Assembly (NCBI GenBank): GCA_965240325.2 | Contig: OZ251244.1 | Span: 496,001-560,000, forward strand | Direction: 5' to 3' | DNA: 64,000 bases | DNA from: Rebecca billardiae RCC1528 | Taxonomy: Eukaryota; Protista; Haptophyta | Shown here: positions 11,406 to 22,128 of the stretch, piece after piece | Numbering within the stretch: the stretch's first letter is position 1 | Layout: every line of letters starts with the position of its first letter | Translations under genes and position numbers: made by a program | The notes under the pieces: model-generated | What the model saw: only the letters and a program-made list of their open reading frames with translations | What the model was told of the DNA's origin: nothing | The model's database searches: none

Positions 11406-12986
11406 TCAGATGATGTTGCCTTCGGCAGCCAGTGCGCTGACGTTGATGAGCACGACTTGCCCGCCCGCCTCTTCCGCCGATGATGGCGGCTGCTGCATCC
11501 AGGCCCAGCGACCGAGGCCGCCGCCCTGCCGTGCGGTGGCAGGCGCCGCATCGTCAGCTGCTGCGGCAGCAGCATGTAGTAACGATGCAGCCGACGAGGC
11601 AGCAGACGAAGTGCGCCGCGACGATTGCACGCGCGCTGATGATGATGATGCGAACGCCGCATGCACCGCGAGCATCGCGTCGCCCTTCAGCCCGTGCACA
11701 GTCACGGCCCATGGCTCAAACCGAAGCGACGGCTCGCCCAATGCCAGCCCCCCGCCATCAGCGCCACCACCAGCGCCACTGTGCCGCGCGCCGCCCGCGG
11801 AGTCCCCCTGCCGATGCCGCAGCGGCTTGGCCCCGCCCTGCAGGAGCACGTTCTGGAGCCGCCTGTCGCCGCGGCGCATCCAGCCGACGTGCTGCACGTG
11901 CATGCCGTGCAGCTGCTGCACACAGTACCCAAACGCCACGTCTGTGAACCGGCCGTCCAGGAGCCACACACGTCCAGTCCGGAGCGCCTGGCCATAATCG
12001 CTGGCGTCAGCCGCAGTTTGCACGCTCGGGATCTGAGCCCGGCCCGCCTCGCCGGCCGCGCCCATGCGCGCGGCTGGGGGCCCGGCGGCGTCTGTCCCGA
12101 CAGGGAGCAGCCCGCGCCCGGAACGCCCCGTCGTGCCCGTGCGGTGGCGCCGCGACTTGCGCATCGCCACGTTGATGTGGTGCCGGCAGAGCACCCGGTG
12201 CAGCAGGGACCCCTCCCCTCCGCTCCCAAGCGGCCCGGCGCCCTTCCACCCCGCCGCCACGCTGTCGCGCGCCCACCCGGCCACCGCGGCGGGCGGGCAG
12301 CCCGTACTCTCGAGCCGCGCGAGCGCTGCCAAGCATCTCGGCTCGAAGCCGCGCGCGCGCTCGAGCGCGGCGCTCGAGACGATCGTGCCCGGCCCACCCG
12401 CCGCATAGAAGAGGACCTCGCCGCGCGCGCGCGCAGCGCTGAAGTTGCGGCCGCGGAAAGGGCGGGCGCCGTCGCGGAAGAACTTGATCATGCTCCCTTG
12501 CGCGCCCGCGCTCCAGAAGATGGTGCCGGCGACCACGCTCCGGACGCGCCCGTCGCCCAGGGCGCCGAACAGCGCCTCGAGCCGCGGCAGGACGATGTAG
12601 CAGTCGTCATCCACACGCACAAACCACGACGGGCGGTCGCGAGTACTCGTGGCGTTGTGGTGGTGCGCAAACGCGTGGGCCCAGATGGCGAGGTCCTTTC
12701 GGTTGGGCTCGCTGTCGCTCACATCTAGAAACACCAGCTGCGACGCGCTCACCGCGAGCGCGCCCTCGACCTGCGCACGCACGTCGCGACCGAACACGTA
12801 GAAGACGCGCGCGCTCGGGGGCCGATTCCACGTGTCGAGAGTCGCGCGCGCGGTGCGGAGCGTGCGCTGGCTCGTCGTCACGTACACCCGGTAGTCCGGC
12901 GCCGACAGGCCCGCAACGGATGAAAGCAGTGTCGTTGCGAGCACGACCACAGCCGCGGCAGAGGCGCCGCCGCTCTCATCGTGCAT
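11406..12986 (-). CDS. GT31 (Fringe/beta-1,3-galactosyltransferase-like) glycosyltransferase, intronless
   Basis: N-terminal hydrophobic segment; WFVRVDDDCYIVLPRL (DxD motif); YAAGGPGTIVSSAAL; FTDVAFGYC; AVTVHGLK. Start chosen at MHDESGG. Confidence 0.8.
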   Translation of the reverse strand: MHDESGGASAAAVVVLATTLLSSVAGLSAPDYRVYVTTSQRTLRTARATLDTWNRPPSARVFYVFGRDVRAQVEGALAVSASQLVFLDVSDSEPNRKDLAIWAHAFAHHHNATSTRDRPSWFVRVDDDCYIVLPRLEALFGALGDGRVRSVVAGTIFWSAGAQGSMIKFFRDGARPFRGRNFSAARARGEVLFYAAGGPGTIVSSAALERARGFEPRCLAALARLESTGCPPAAVAGWARDSVAAGWKGAGPLGSGGEGSLLHRVLCRHHINVAMRKSRRHRTGTTGRSGRGLLPVGTDAAGPPAARMGAAGEAGRAQIPSVQTAADASDYGQALRTGRVWLLDGRFTDVAFGYCVQQLHGMHVQHVGWMRRGDRRLQNVLLQGGAKPLRHRQGDSAGGARHSGAGGGADGGGLALGEPSLRFEPWAVTVHGLKGDAMLAVHAAFASSSSARVQSSRRTSSAASSAASLLHAAAAAADDAAPATARQGGGLGRWAWMQQPPSSAEEAGGQVVLINVSALAAEGNII

Positions 12987-13063
12987 GGGCGCGGGCCGGG
13001 GCCACCACATCGTGCATGGGCGCGGGCCGGTCCCACCCTGTCCGGCCCATGTCCGGCTGTTCC

Positions 13064-13516
13064 ATGGCTGCCGCGCCAAACTCTCGTCGACAGGTACTGC
13101 TCCTCGTCGCCATGGCCGTCGGAGGGCACGCGTCGAAGGCGGATGCGTCCCTCGTGGCGGTCGGTGCCGCGGTTGGAGGCGCAGCACGTCACTGGTGCGC
13201 GCGCACGCACCCCGGCCCATGGACAGTCGCCGCGATCAATGTCGCCGGCTCGGCCGTGCTCGGGGCTCTCGCCGGCTGCTCGCCGCTGCCGCCGGCTGCG
13301 CGCCTGCTACTGGGGACCGGGCTGTGCGGCGGATTCACGACGTTCTCAACGTACAGCGTCGACGTCGTGCGCATGCTCGAGGCGGGCCGCCTAGGCCACG
13401 CGGTGCTCTATGTGTGCGCGAACAACGCGGGCGGCGTGCTCGCCGCCGCAGGCGGCCTGTACGCTGGCAAAGCGGCGGCGAAGACGCAGCTCGTCTCAAG
13501 ACTCTGCGGCAAGTGA
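13064..13516 (+). CDS. crcB: Fluc/CrcB fluoride channel, single domain, intronless (start uncertain: 13049, 13064 or 13112)
   Basis: VAVGAAVGGAARH (GxxxR), PWTVAAINVAGS, LLGTGLCGGFTTFSTYS, four hydrophobic helices. Confidence 0.9.
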   Translation: MAAAPNSRRQVLLLVAMAVGGHASKADASLVAVGAAVGGAARHWCARTHPGPWTVAAINVAGSAVLGALAGCSPLPPAARLLLGTGLCGGFTTFSTYSVDVVRMLEAGRLGHAVLYVCANNAGGVLAAAGGLYAGKAAAKTQLVSRLCGK

Positions 13517-13870
13517 TCGGCCTTCGGCCGAATCTACGCCGGCGTGGGCCTCGCCCACGCACGTTCTCAAGGCTCAAGCTGATGTTCACAAGGCAGGCCC
13601 GCCTCGCGGCTCGGCCGCCATCATTCTGTGCTCGATTTTGGCTCCGCCATTCCGGCACCGGCGAACCGCCCTCGTCCGGGGCGCGCGACCGTGACGGTTG
13701 GCCGTTGGTCATGGTCACGCTCCTGACGAAGTACAATCGGCAGTGACGGTACTGTATGATGAACAGTACACCGCCCTTGACAGTACGCACTCTGAACTCT
13801 TAACTCCGCTGCAGCGAGCAGTGCCCTGCCCAGGCCGGTGGCGGAGACGCGACGCATCGGAGGCGGAGCG

Positions 13871-16800
13871 ATGCGACGATGCGCGGCCGTCCTCCTCGCG
13901 CTCACCGCCGCGTCGGGCGCTCGCTCGTCGCGCTGCCCCGCGCGCTGCCACGAGCGCGGCACCTGCGACGAGCACCGTGGCGTGTGCCACTGCCCGCTCT
14001 CGCACACGGGGCCGGACTGCTCGCAGCTCGCCATGCCGGCGTGCGCCTTCCACAATTACACGCTCGTGGGTAAGACGTACTTCATGTTCGAGCTGAACCG
14101 CACGCGGCCGAACTGGCTCGGCGCGGTGCCGTGCGCGTGCCTCGAGCAGGCCGCCGCGCACCACCTGCTCTGCCCGCTGCAGGCCAACCAGGGAGGGCTC
14201 GTGCGCGGCCAGTGCGCTGTGGCCGTGGTGTGCGCGCGGGCGCCACCCAGCTTGGCGCAGCTCGCCGAGAGCCCGGCGGACGCCACGTGGGTGGAGGCGC
14301 ACATGGCGTTCGATCCCTCGCGGATCCGCAACGGCGGCACGCCCTTCCACCTCGTCGTCGATCGCGAGCTCGACGGCGGCGTCGCCGCGGTCAGCGCAGC
14401 GCACGGAGTGCGTCCGCTGCCGCTGCGCGCGTGCGGCGGCGCGCGCTGCGGCCTGCGTGGCACTTGTGAGGAGCGTGAGGGCGTGCCGCGCTGCCGCTGC
14501 CTGCCGGGCTTCGCGCCCGCACCCGCGCGCGCAGGCGGCGGCGACGCGCGCGGCGAGGCGTGCGCCCTCGAGCGCCCGCGCAAGCCGCCCCCGCCCTGGT
14601 CGATCGCGCAGCGGCACGCGCCGGTGTCAGCCAGCCCGGCAGTCCGGTGGAACTCGGAGTACCCTCAGCCGTGCCCGAACGCGTGCCGCGGCCGCGGCGC
14701 GTGCGACGGGCTCGGCTTCTGCAAGTGCCCGCCGGGCTGGTGGGGCCTCGACTGCGCCATCCGCCTCGACCCCGCCACCGGCAGGCCGGCGCACGAGGGG
14801 GCGCTCCCGATCGACCGCGACCGCCCGGTCTATGCCAGCATGGCCGCCTCGCTGCGCGCCAGGCGCGCAGAAGGGGCCGCGCGCGGTGGGCGGCGGCAGC
14901 CCGTGCTGCCGGAGAGCTCGAACGACGCGCTGCTGCAGCGCGTGCTGCCGGCGCGCGGGGCCGCTGCCGCCCCACGCCGCGCCGCCGCGCCGCCCGCCTC
15001 GTCGCGCGTGCGTATCTACGTGTATCCACTGAGGCCGCACCTGCGATGGGTGAACGTGCGCGTGTATAATCAACTGCCGTGGGCGCTGCTCGAGCTGCTG
15101 CTCGCCTCGGCGCACGTGGCGCCGAGCGCGGAGGACGCGACGCACTTCTTCGTGCCGGGCGCGACGCTGCCGCACTGGGGCGGCATGGCCGCGCGCTTCC
15201 GCGCCGTGCTTGACGGCTGGGGCTGGGCGATCGATGCGGCCGTGCGCGCGCGCTCGCCCAATCAGCTCGTGCCGGTGTCGGGCGATCGCGCGTGGGCGGA
15301 GCACTGGGGGCGGGGGGTCCGGCCGAGCCTGGCCGGAGTGCCGGGCGCCTTCAACCCGTCGAACCGCTCGGCGGTGCTCGTCGCGCTGCAGTACAACGGG
15401 CGCGAGGACCTGCTGCCCGACGACCGGTGTGACGTGTGCTTTGTCCGCGGCCGCGACGTGATGCTGCCGCCGCTCCCGTCGGCTGCAGACGCGTATCTCG
15501 GCTGCGCGCCGCTGCGCGAGCGCAGCCCGTGGGCGTGCGCGCGCGCGGCCGGGCCGCCGCTCGCCGAGAGCGCGGGCGGCGCGGACGAGCGCGCGGCGAG
15601 GGCGGCGCGTGCATGCCGCCGCGCACGGCTGGTCGCTGATCGCCAGTGGGCAACGCAGCCCAAGCCGAAGGGCCCCAGGGAGAAGCAGACAGGAGGCGCG
15701 GCGGCGCGCGCGGCGGCGCGCAACGGCCGCGGCGGCGGCGGCGGCGGTGCGATGGCGGCGGCAGTGGCAGCCGGGCCTGAGCGCCACGCGCGCCGGCGCA
15801 GGCGGCTGCTCCCCCGCCCGCGGCCAAAGTCGCCGACGAGCGCGCACGCGCCTGGCGCGCCGCGCCGCGCCGCGCCGCTGCTGTCGTCGGAGTCAGAGCC
15901 CTCCTCGCTCAAGGGAGCCAAGGGGGCTACCCGCGTCCCAGCGGCAAGGGAGCCACCCACTGCCCGCGTCCCAGGAGCGGCAAGGGAGCCCTCCTCGCTC
16001 GTTTTCTTTGCCGGCGCGATCCAGGGGAGGACGGAGCTGCCGCCAGCGCCGGCGGCGGGCGGGGCCTCCGCAGGCGCGCATGGGCCGGCGCGGCCGCAGC
16101 GGCAGCCGGCAGACGCGGTGGGCGCTCAGCTCTCCCTCGCCGAGGCGTCCGAGCTGGCGAGCGAGCAGTGGACGGCCGCGGGCCGCTCGCGCGCGTACAA
16201 GCTGCGCTACCGCCTGCCGCCCTCCTTCCGGCGGAACGACCGCGCGTACGCACTCGACTGGCGGAGGCTGCTGTCCGACTTGCACGCGCGCAGGGCCGGG
16301 TGGCGCGTCGTGAACTCGGCCGAGCCCGCTGCCCCGGGCGGCGGCACGCGCGGGCGCCCCGTGGCCAAGATTGACGCGATGGCGCGCGCGGTCTTCTGCG
16401 CCGTCCCTCCGGGGAGCTCTGGCGGCTGGGGCGCGCGCTACCTCCCCGCTGCGCTGCTCGGGTGCGTCCCTGTCTTTGTCAAGCCCGCGCCGCACGCCGA
16501 CCCGTTTGACGAAATCCTCGACTGGCGCGGCGCGGCCGTGCACGCGGGCACCCTCGCTGAGCTCGCCTCGCTGCACAGAAACCTCTCAGCCCTCGCGGCG
16601 GATGCGCGGGCGCTCGCGGCGAAGCACGCCGCGCTCGAGCGCGTCTGGCCCGCCCTGATCTGGTCCACGCTGTACGAGGGCTGCCTCGCCCCAGCGCCAT
16701 CGCCGCAAGTGGCGGGGGCCGTGGCGCGGGCCTCGGCTCGCGGCCGCGCGCGTCGTCGGCTCCTCCCACGGTCTCAGGGGCGGCGGCCTGCCAGCGGCGG

Positions 16801-16957
16801 CCATCCGAAAGGCGTCGCCATCGCCCGTTCCGCCTCAGTCACGGCCACCGCTGCGGCCCACCGACCGGCCCCCGCGTTGCAGCCTGTCACCGACGCATGG
16901 GACGCGCTCATCCGCACCCTGGAGCGTCGGCTCGGGTCAGATGGCAGCCCGCGATGA
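13871..16957 (+). CDS. Exostosin-family (GT47) glycosyltransferase with EGF-like repeats, intronless
   Basis: Signal peptide MRRCAAVLLALTAA; EGF motifs (CHERGTCDEHRGVCHCPLSHTGPDC, CPNACRGRGACDGLGFCKCPPGWWGLDC); RIYVYPL, AEDATHFFVP, GRDVMLP, VFFAG, MARAVFCAVPPG..GWG.R...A.LLGCVPVF, PFDEILDW. Confidence 0.88.
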   Translation: MRRCAAVLLALTAASGARSSRCPARCHERGTCDEHRGVCHCPLSHTGPDCSQLAMPACAFHNYTLVGKTYFMFELNRTRPNWLGAVPCACLEQAAAHHLLCPLQANQGGLVRGQCAVAVVCARAPPSLAQLAESPADATWVEAHMAFDPSRIRNGGTPFHLVVDRELDGGVAAVSAAHGVRPLPLRACGGARCGLRGTCEEREGVPRCRCLPGFAPAPARAGGGDARGEACALERPRKPPPPWSIAQRHAPVSASPAVRWNSEYPQPCPNACRGRGACDGLGFCKCPPGWWGLDCAIRLDPATGRPAHEGALPIDRDRPVYASMAASLRARRAEGAARGGRRQPVLPESSNDALLQRVLPARGAAAAPRRAAAPPASSRVRIYVYPLRPHLRWVNVRVYNQLPWALLELLLASAHVAPSAEDATHFFVPGATLPHWGGMAARFRAVLDGWGWAIDAAVRARSPNQLVPVSGDRAWAEHWGRGVRPSLAGVPGAFNPSNRSAVLVALQYNGREDLLPDDRCDVCFVRGRDVMLPPLPSAADAYLGCAPLRERSPWACARAAGPPLAESAGGADERAARAARACRRARLVADRQWATQPKPKGPREKQTGGAAARAAARNGRGGGGGGAMAAAVAAGPERHARRRRRLLPRPRPKSPTSAHAPGAPRRAAPLLSSESEPSSLKGAKGATRVPAAREPPTARVPGAAREPSSLVFFAGAIQGRTELPPAPAAGGASAGAHGPARPQRQPADAVGAQLSLAEASELASEQWTAAGRSRAYKLRYRLPPSFRRNDRAYALDWRRLLSDLHARRAGWRVVNSAEPAAPGGGTRGRPVAKIDAMARAVFCAVPPGSSGGWGARYLPAALLGCVPVFVKPAPHADPFDEILDWRGAAVHAGTLAELASLHRNLSALAADARALAAKHAALERVWPALIWSTLYEGCLAPAPSPQVAGAVARASARGRARRRLLPRSQGRRPASGGHPKGVAIARSASVTATAAAHRPAPALQPVTDAWDALIRTLERRLGSDGSPR

Positions 16958-17581
16958 AGGCATTTCGCGACCGCGCCGCGCGTGCACGAATGAGGAGCTC
17001 GCTATATTGACCACAATAATGATCGACCGCGGCGGCACGCACGGACCGACCCGCGACCGGGTGACGGTCCGGGTCCGAGCCGGGGCGCGAATTCGGATCG
17101 TCGGCGCCCCGGCCTGTTGATGCGTCAGTGCTGCCGAGTTGAAGCGGGCCGCGGGGCCGCCTACCTAGTACCTACCACCGTCACCGTGTCGGGACGACGA
17201 CGACGACGAGCACTGTACAGCTCGGCGTGTGCCATTCCTCGACCCACATCCTCACTGTGCGCACGCTGTGACGCTGACGCCAACCATCCGCGCTGCCTTG
17301 CACAAGCTTCTTCTGTTCGTCATCCTGTGGTCAGACCGAGTTTCAGGCACATCACGCACGCGCCGATTGCATCGTGAAACTTGATGGTCTGCGCGGGCAG
17401 CTCGTTCTTGTTGTAGTTCACTGCAATCTACGCCTTCGACGCCCGTCTGTTCGGCGCGTAGCCGACGGGGCAGGCGTGTTCGATCGAGCCAGGCAGACGT
17501 TTGGGTGCGACAGTGCGAGCGAGCGCGGGCGGCAACGTGGTGCTCTCTGCTGCAAGCCTGAGTATTAGATACGACGTACAG

Positions 17582-18355
17582 CAGGGCTGGGAGTTCGTGA
17601 TCACGTGAGCGTGATATCACGGCGTGATCACGTGACACGTGATCACGTGACGCGTCACGTCGGCAATGGGTCCGTCACGTGACAGCAGTCCGGTAGCCAT
17701 GGTGTGCACCCGGACAGCCCCCGGGCCCGAGGCCGGGGCAGTGCGCGCCTGCGCGGGGGCGCGCCGACTCCGCCGAGACAGTACTCGACGAGCCGCAAGG
17801 CGAGTTCGCGGCCGCAGTCGGATGAGCCGCCGTGGCGGACGCGCCGAGCGCGGAGGCGGGCGCGCCGAGCGCGGAGTCGGCGCGTGAGAAGAAGCGCCTC
17901 AAGCCGGGGAGCGCCAGCTGGGCAAGGCGCGCCCGATCCCATCCTCGAGCGCACCAATGAATGGCCACGCGCGGCCCGGGCCGCGGAAGGGCTCCGGCGC
18001 GGTGAGTGCGCGCGAGCTGGCCAAGTTTAAGATGGCTCGGCAGGCGAGCCTCATGCAGGTATTCAAAGACGGGGCTGCTGACCACGACTAGTCGGAGTGC
18101 AGCTGTCTAATCGCGCTCTTCATGAGTACTCGTCCGCGAGTACAAGTTTGTCTGTCGGTAGACGATTGAGATTTCGTCATTATTCACTCCCAAATAGGCC
18201 CAAAACATTTCGTCGCCTCGCGCCGGCGGGGCCCCGGGGGGACACCCCCCGGACCCCCCCGTGGGCCGGACTCGTCACGTGATGTCACGATCACGCGCCT
18301 GTTGGGCAGCCGTGACGACACGTGATGGTCACTGTACGACGAATTCCCAGCCCTG
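17582..18355. mobile_element. Non-autonomous hAT-type DNA transposon (MITE), 774 bp
   Basis: TIR CAGGGCTGGGA(G/A)TTCGT matches 16/17. Perfect 8-bp TSD ACGTACAG at 17574-17581 and 18356-18363. Subterminal CACGTG repeats. No transposase ORF. Confidence 0.92.
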
Positions 18356-18423
18356 ACGTACAGTAGTGTAACGACATGGTACAGCACGCACTGTAACGGT
18401 TTGCAAACCAACCGGTGTGCCTC

Positions 18424-19464
18424 ATGGCGCTCGGCGCGGCCGCGCTCGTGGCGGCGGCCGCCGGGGCCGCGCCCCCGCCCCTCATCCCCCCGTTCGTGCT
18501 CGCCTCTGCATCTTGCTCGGGCTCCACGTGGATTGTGGCGACGCTGCGCGTGCTGCTCGAGCAGGCCGCCGGCGTGACGATGTGCGAAACGACAAGGGAG
18601 GCGGGCGCGGAGATGCTCCACCCGCACCCAGACCGAGAGTGGCGCGGCGTGCGGCTGGACAAGGCCGGCACGCTCAGGCGGATGCTCACGCTGCACCGCG
18701 AGTGCTCTGCGGCCAACGCGACCATGCTCCTGAAGGTGTCGACGAGCGTGAGCTCGCAGAGAGGCATTCCGTACATGGATGTCGCGCACGTGCTGCAGAA
18801 GATGCGCGCCCGCACAGCGCTGACGTACCGGATGAACGTGATCGACCGTTTCGTCTGCGCGGCGAGGGACTGCATGGCTACGAATGGGATCGAGCGCGTG
18901 TGGTCGAACAACGGCAGCGTGATCCCGATGCCGAGCAACGCGCACGAGTGCTTCGAGCGGCGCAAAAACGTGGCGGCACCCCACGACGGACCACACCAAC
19001 ATCAACACAGCCTCAGAGGCGCGGCCAAGGATCCGTCGCCCACGGAGAAGATCAACGTCATCCGTGCGCAGGGCTTCTTCCATAGGATCTCCCTTTGGCG
19101 CGACAGCGAGGGGCCCGAGGTCGCCCTGAAGATGGACGCTCTGGGCTACGGCCCGCGCCCCATCATGCCGGTGCCGTACGAGCAGCTCGCGCTCTCCGGG
19201 CACACGCCCGAGCTCATCGGCTGGAGCGTGGCCGCCTTCCAACATCTGCTGCGAGTGTTCCTCGGGCGCGAGGTGGATGCGGGTGCGATTGAGCGGGTGC
19301 TCGCGAAGGGCGCGGGTAAGCGGCCGAAGCCGGCGTCGCACCGCGCCGCGTTCTACAACTTCGAGTTCGTCCAGAGTGCGATGCGCGAATCGACAGAGCT
19401 GGCCCCGACCCTCAAGGCGATGCTGCGCGACGACCTACATCCTACCGGGCCGCTGGACGACTGA
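18424..19464 (+). CDS. Sulfotransferase-like P-loop protein, copy A, intronless
   Basis: Signal/anchor; FVLASASCSGSTW (5'-PSB-like), YRMNVIDRFVC (3'-PB-like), VPYEQL. Near-identical to 27333-28514. Confidence 0.6.
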   Translation: MALGAAALVAAAAGAAPPPLIPPFVLASASCSGSTWIVATLRVLLEQAAGVTMCETTREAGAEMLHPHPDREWRGVRLDKAGTLRRMLTLHRECSAANATMLLKVSTSVSSQRGIPYMDVAHVLQKMRARTALTYRMNVIDRFVCAARDCMATNGIERVWSNNGSVIPMPSNAHECFERRKNVAAPHDGPHQHQHSLRGAAKDPSPTEKINVIRAQGFFHRISLWRDSEGPEVALKMDALGYGPRPIMPVPYEQLALSGHTPELIGWSVAAFQHLLRVFLGREVDAGAIERVLAKGAGKRPKPASHRAAFYNFEFVQSAMRESTELAPTLKAMLRDDLHPTGPLDD

Positions 19465-19553
19465 CGGGGCGTGACGATGACGACAATGCGGCGGACACTA
19501 CGCGCGTGTGCCACCCGCATTACTATCGCCCTGGCCAGTCTGCAGTCGGCTAC

Positions 19554-22038
19554 CGGCAGCGCTAAATCAGCCCGGGCCGATTTAAGCTTATCTCAGCCCG
19601 GGCCGATTTAAGCGCTTAAATCGGCCCGGGCTGAGATAAGCTCCGCGCGAGCTTATCTCAGCCCGGGCTGAGATAAGCGCTTATCTCAGCCCAGCGGCTC
19701 GCGACTCGGCCGCCGTGGACTCGGAGCGCACGTCGCGCGGTGCGGCCCGCCCGCTCCATGGCTGCACGCGCTGCTGTGTCTTCGGTGGCCACACCGACAG
19801 GGTGAAGTGTGCTGAGTCTAGTGGCGGGCGCCCAGCTCCACCCACCCCCTTCTCCCTGGCCCGCCCCGCCTGCCCTCGCCCGCATCGGATGCCTTCCTCG
19901 CGCATGCAACTCCACGGCGGCAACTCGGCTTGTGGACTTGCTGCCCGCATGAGAAGCATGCAGCCAACACCATGGACGCACCATCGACGTTCGCCAGTTG
20001 ACCATGTCCGCGCGTAGTCGCACGCGGGTGAACACGGCCCGTGCGCTACAGTCGGTTGTGTGCTGTTGCCATTGCACGTTGTTCAAAATGTGCTGAACGT
20101 TGCCACCGCGGCCGCCGCGCGCGGGCGTACCGGTGCCAGCGGCACAGGCATGGGCACCGGCGCAGCTCCATGGACGATCATGGCGCTGCGGCTAGTGGGC
20201 GCGCCGACGCCGGCACGCCCGCAGCTGTCGGCGCGCACGGCGAGCACGCCAAGCTCGCAGCGCGTGCCGCGGCTCAGGGGCTGGTGCGCACGGACAGCAA
20301 GCTAAGGTTGCGGTGTGCGCCGCAGTCCGCACGCACGCAGCGGCCGCCGCATGCGCCACGCGCGCGGTGGCCGCCGCGCGCGCCGCGGTTGCCGCGCGCG
20401 CCGTGGCTGCCGCGCGCGCCGCGGCGGACCAGCGCGCCGCGGCCGTGCGCGACGACCGAAGGCTAGTCTGTGGCGGATAGCGAGCGAGCGCGCCGCCGCG
20501 GCCAGTGAGCGCGCAGCGGCCGGCGAGCACGCTCAGCCTCATCGCGCAACTGTCACGTGTTGGCGCCAGGCTTGATGGGCACCTGCGGCGTTGGGCCAAT
20601 GGGCATCTGTGGCCCGTGCGGTGCGCGCTCGCCGGTTGCGGTGGCGCGCTCGCCAATACCTACGCATGCTGGCGCGGCCTGCTCACCGGTCGCGGTGGCG
20701 CAAGCCCCGGCTGCACCATCCATCCGCGCCGGTTGCGGCGCGCTCACTAGCCGCAGCGGCAAGCTCGCTATCCGCCACAGACTCGCCTTCGGTCGCCGTG
20801 CGCGGGGCGGTCGCGGCGCGTTGGTCGGCCTCGGCGCGCTCGCCGGCCGCGGCGCGCGCGGCAGCCGCGGCGCGCGCAGCAGCCACGGCGCGCTCGCCGG
20901 CCGGGCGCGACGGCCGAGTTACGCTGTCTGCCGCCGTGGCGCGCTTACCGGCCGCAGCGCGCGTGGCAGCCGCGGCGCAATTGCCAGCCGCGCGGCGCGC
21001 GGCAGCCGCGGCGCGCTCACCGGCCGGGCGCGCGCAGCAGCCGCGGCGCACTCGCCGGCCGCGGCGCGCTCGCCGGCCGGGCGCGCTCAGCAGCCGCGGC
21101 GCGCTCGCCGGCCGCGGCGCGCTCGCCGGCTGCGGCGCGCAAGACGGCTGCGGCGCGCGCGGCGGCCGTTGTGTGCACGCGGACCACGGTGCGCGCGGCG
21201 ACCTTGGCGTGCTCGCCAAGCGCGCCGAAAGCTGCGAGCGCGACGGCGCCGGTGAGCCCACCAGCTGCGGCGCCACGACCGTCGACAGTGTATTACTCTG
21301 CCGAAGCGCCTGCCACACTTGAGACGCAGCGAGCCGCACACCACAGCTGTCAGCCGATGGTCCAAGCTCGGTCGTGAACCGGCAGCCGCCGCGCAGAGTA
21401 GTGCGCCGCGCGAAGGGACCGTTTCGATCTGACGGGATCGCGATGATTGGCTGATCCAGCGTCGAGCGTGACCGGCAAGTATGCCAAGCTGGGCAAGCAC
21501 ATGCCGCAACGCGCGAACGGTACAAGGGCAACGTGGTACAAGGGCAACGGCACACGGCAGACAGGTGCACGTGGGCCGTGGCCACATGCGTGCGATTACA
21601 CATGACACACATGTACAGCACACGACGTACAAGTACACGCGACCGTCGATGGTGGAATCGATGGTGGAACAATGGCGTTGGCTGAGGCCGTTGCATGCGC
21701 GAGGAAGGCATCCGATGCAGGCGAGGGCAGGCGGGGCGGGCCAGGGAGAAGGGGGTGGGTGGAGCTGGGCCCGCCACTAGACTCAGCACACTTCACCCTG
21801 TGGCCACCGAAGACACAGCAGCGCGTGCAGCCATGGAGCGGGCGGGCCGCACCGCGCGACGTGCGCTCCGAGTCCACGGCGGCCGAGTCGCGAGCCGCTG
21901 GGCTGAGATAAGCGCTTATCTCAGCCCGGGCTGAGATAAGCTCGCGCGGAGCTTATCTCAGCCCGGGCCGATTTAAGCGCTTAAATCGGCCCGGGCTGAG
22001 ATAAGCTTAAATCGGCCCGGGCTGATTTAGCGCTGCCG
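19554..22038. mobile_element. Non-autonomous foldback/Mutator-like element, 2,485 bp, with long TIRs (19554-19910 and 21690-22038)
   Basis: ~350-bp arms are reverse complements apart from a 6-bp and a 2-bp indel and few substitutions. 9-bp direct repeat GTCGGCTAC at 19545-19553 and 22039-22047. No transposase motif seen inside. Confidence 0.9.
20810..21165. repeat. Degenerate ~18-bp GC-rich minisatellite inside the foldback element
   Basis: Recurrent (G)GCCGCGGCGCGCTCGCC units. A related array lies at ~20360-20445. Confidence 0.7.
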
Positions 22039-22125
22039 GTCGGCTACACCGTAGTCACTAGCAGTAGCAGTCTAGTCCGACAGCAGACATCAGTCAACAC
22101 CGCGAGTAGTTATACGTCGCGAGCT

Positions 22126-22128
<3 letters not shown>

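Noticed and set aside
19560-19692. CRISPR-like array of ~28-bp palindromic repeats
   Set aside because: No unique spacers, mixed orientation, no cas genes, and mirrored at 21900-22032, so it is part of a TIR.
19911-21689. Transposase or cargo gene inside the foldback element
   Set aside because: ORFs are low-complexity Ala/Arg translations of minisatellites; no DDE or zinc-finger motif seen.
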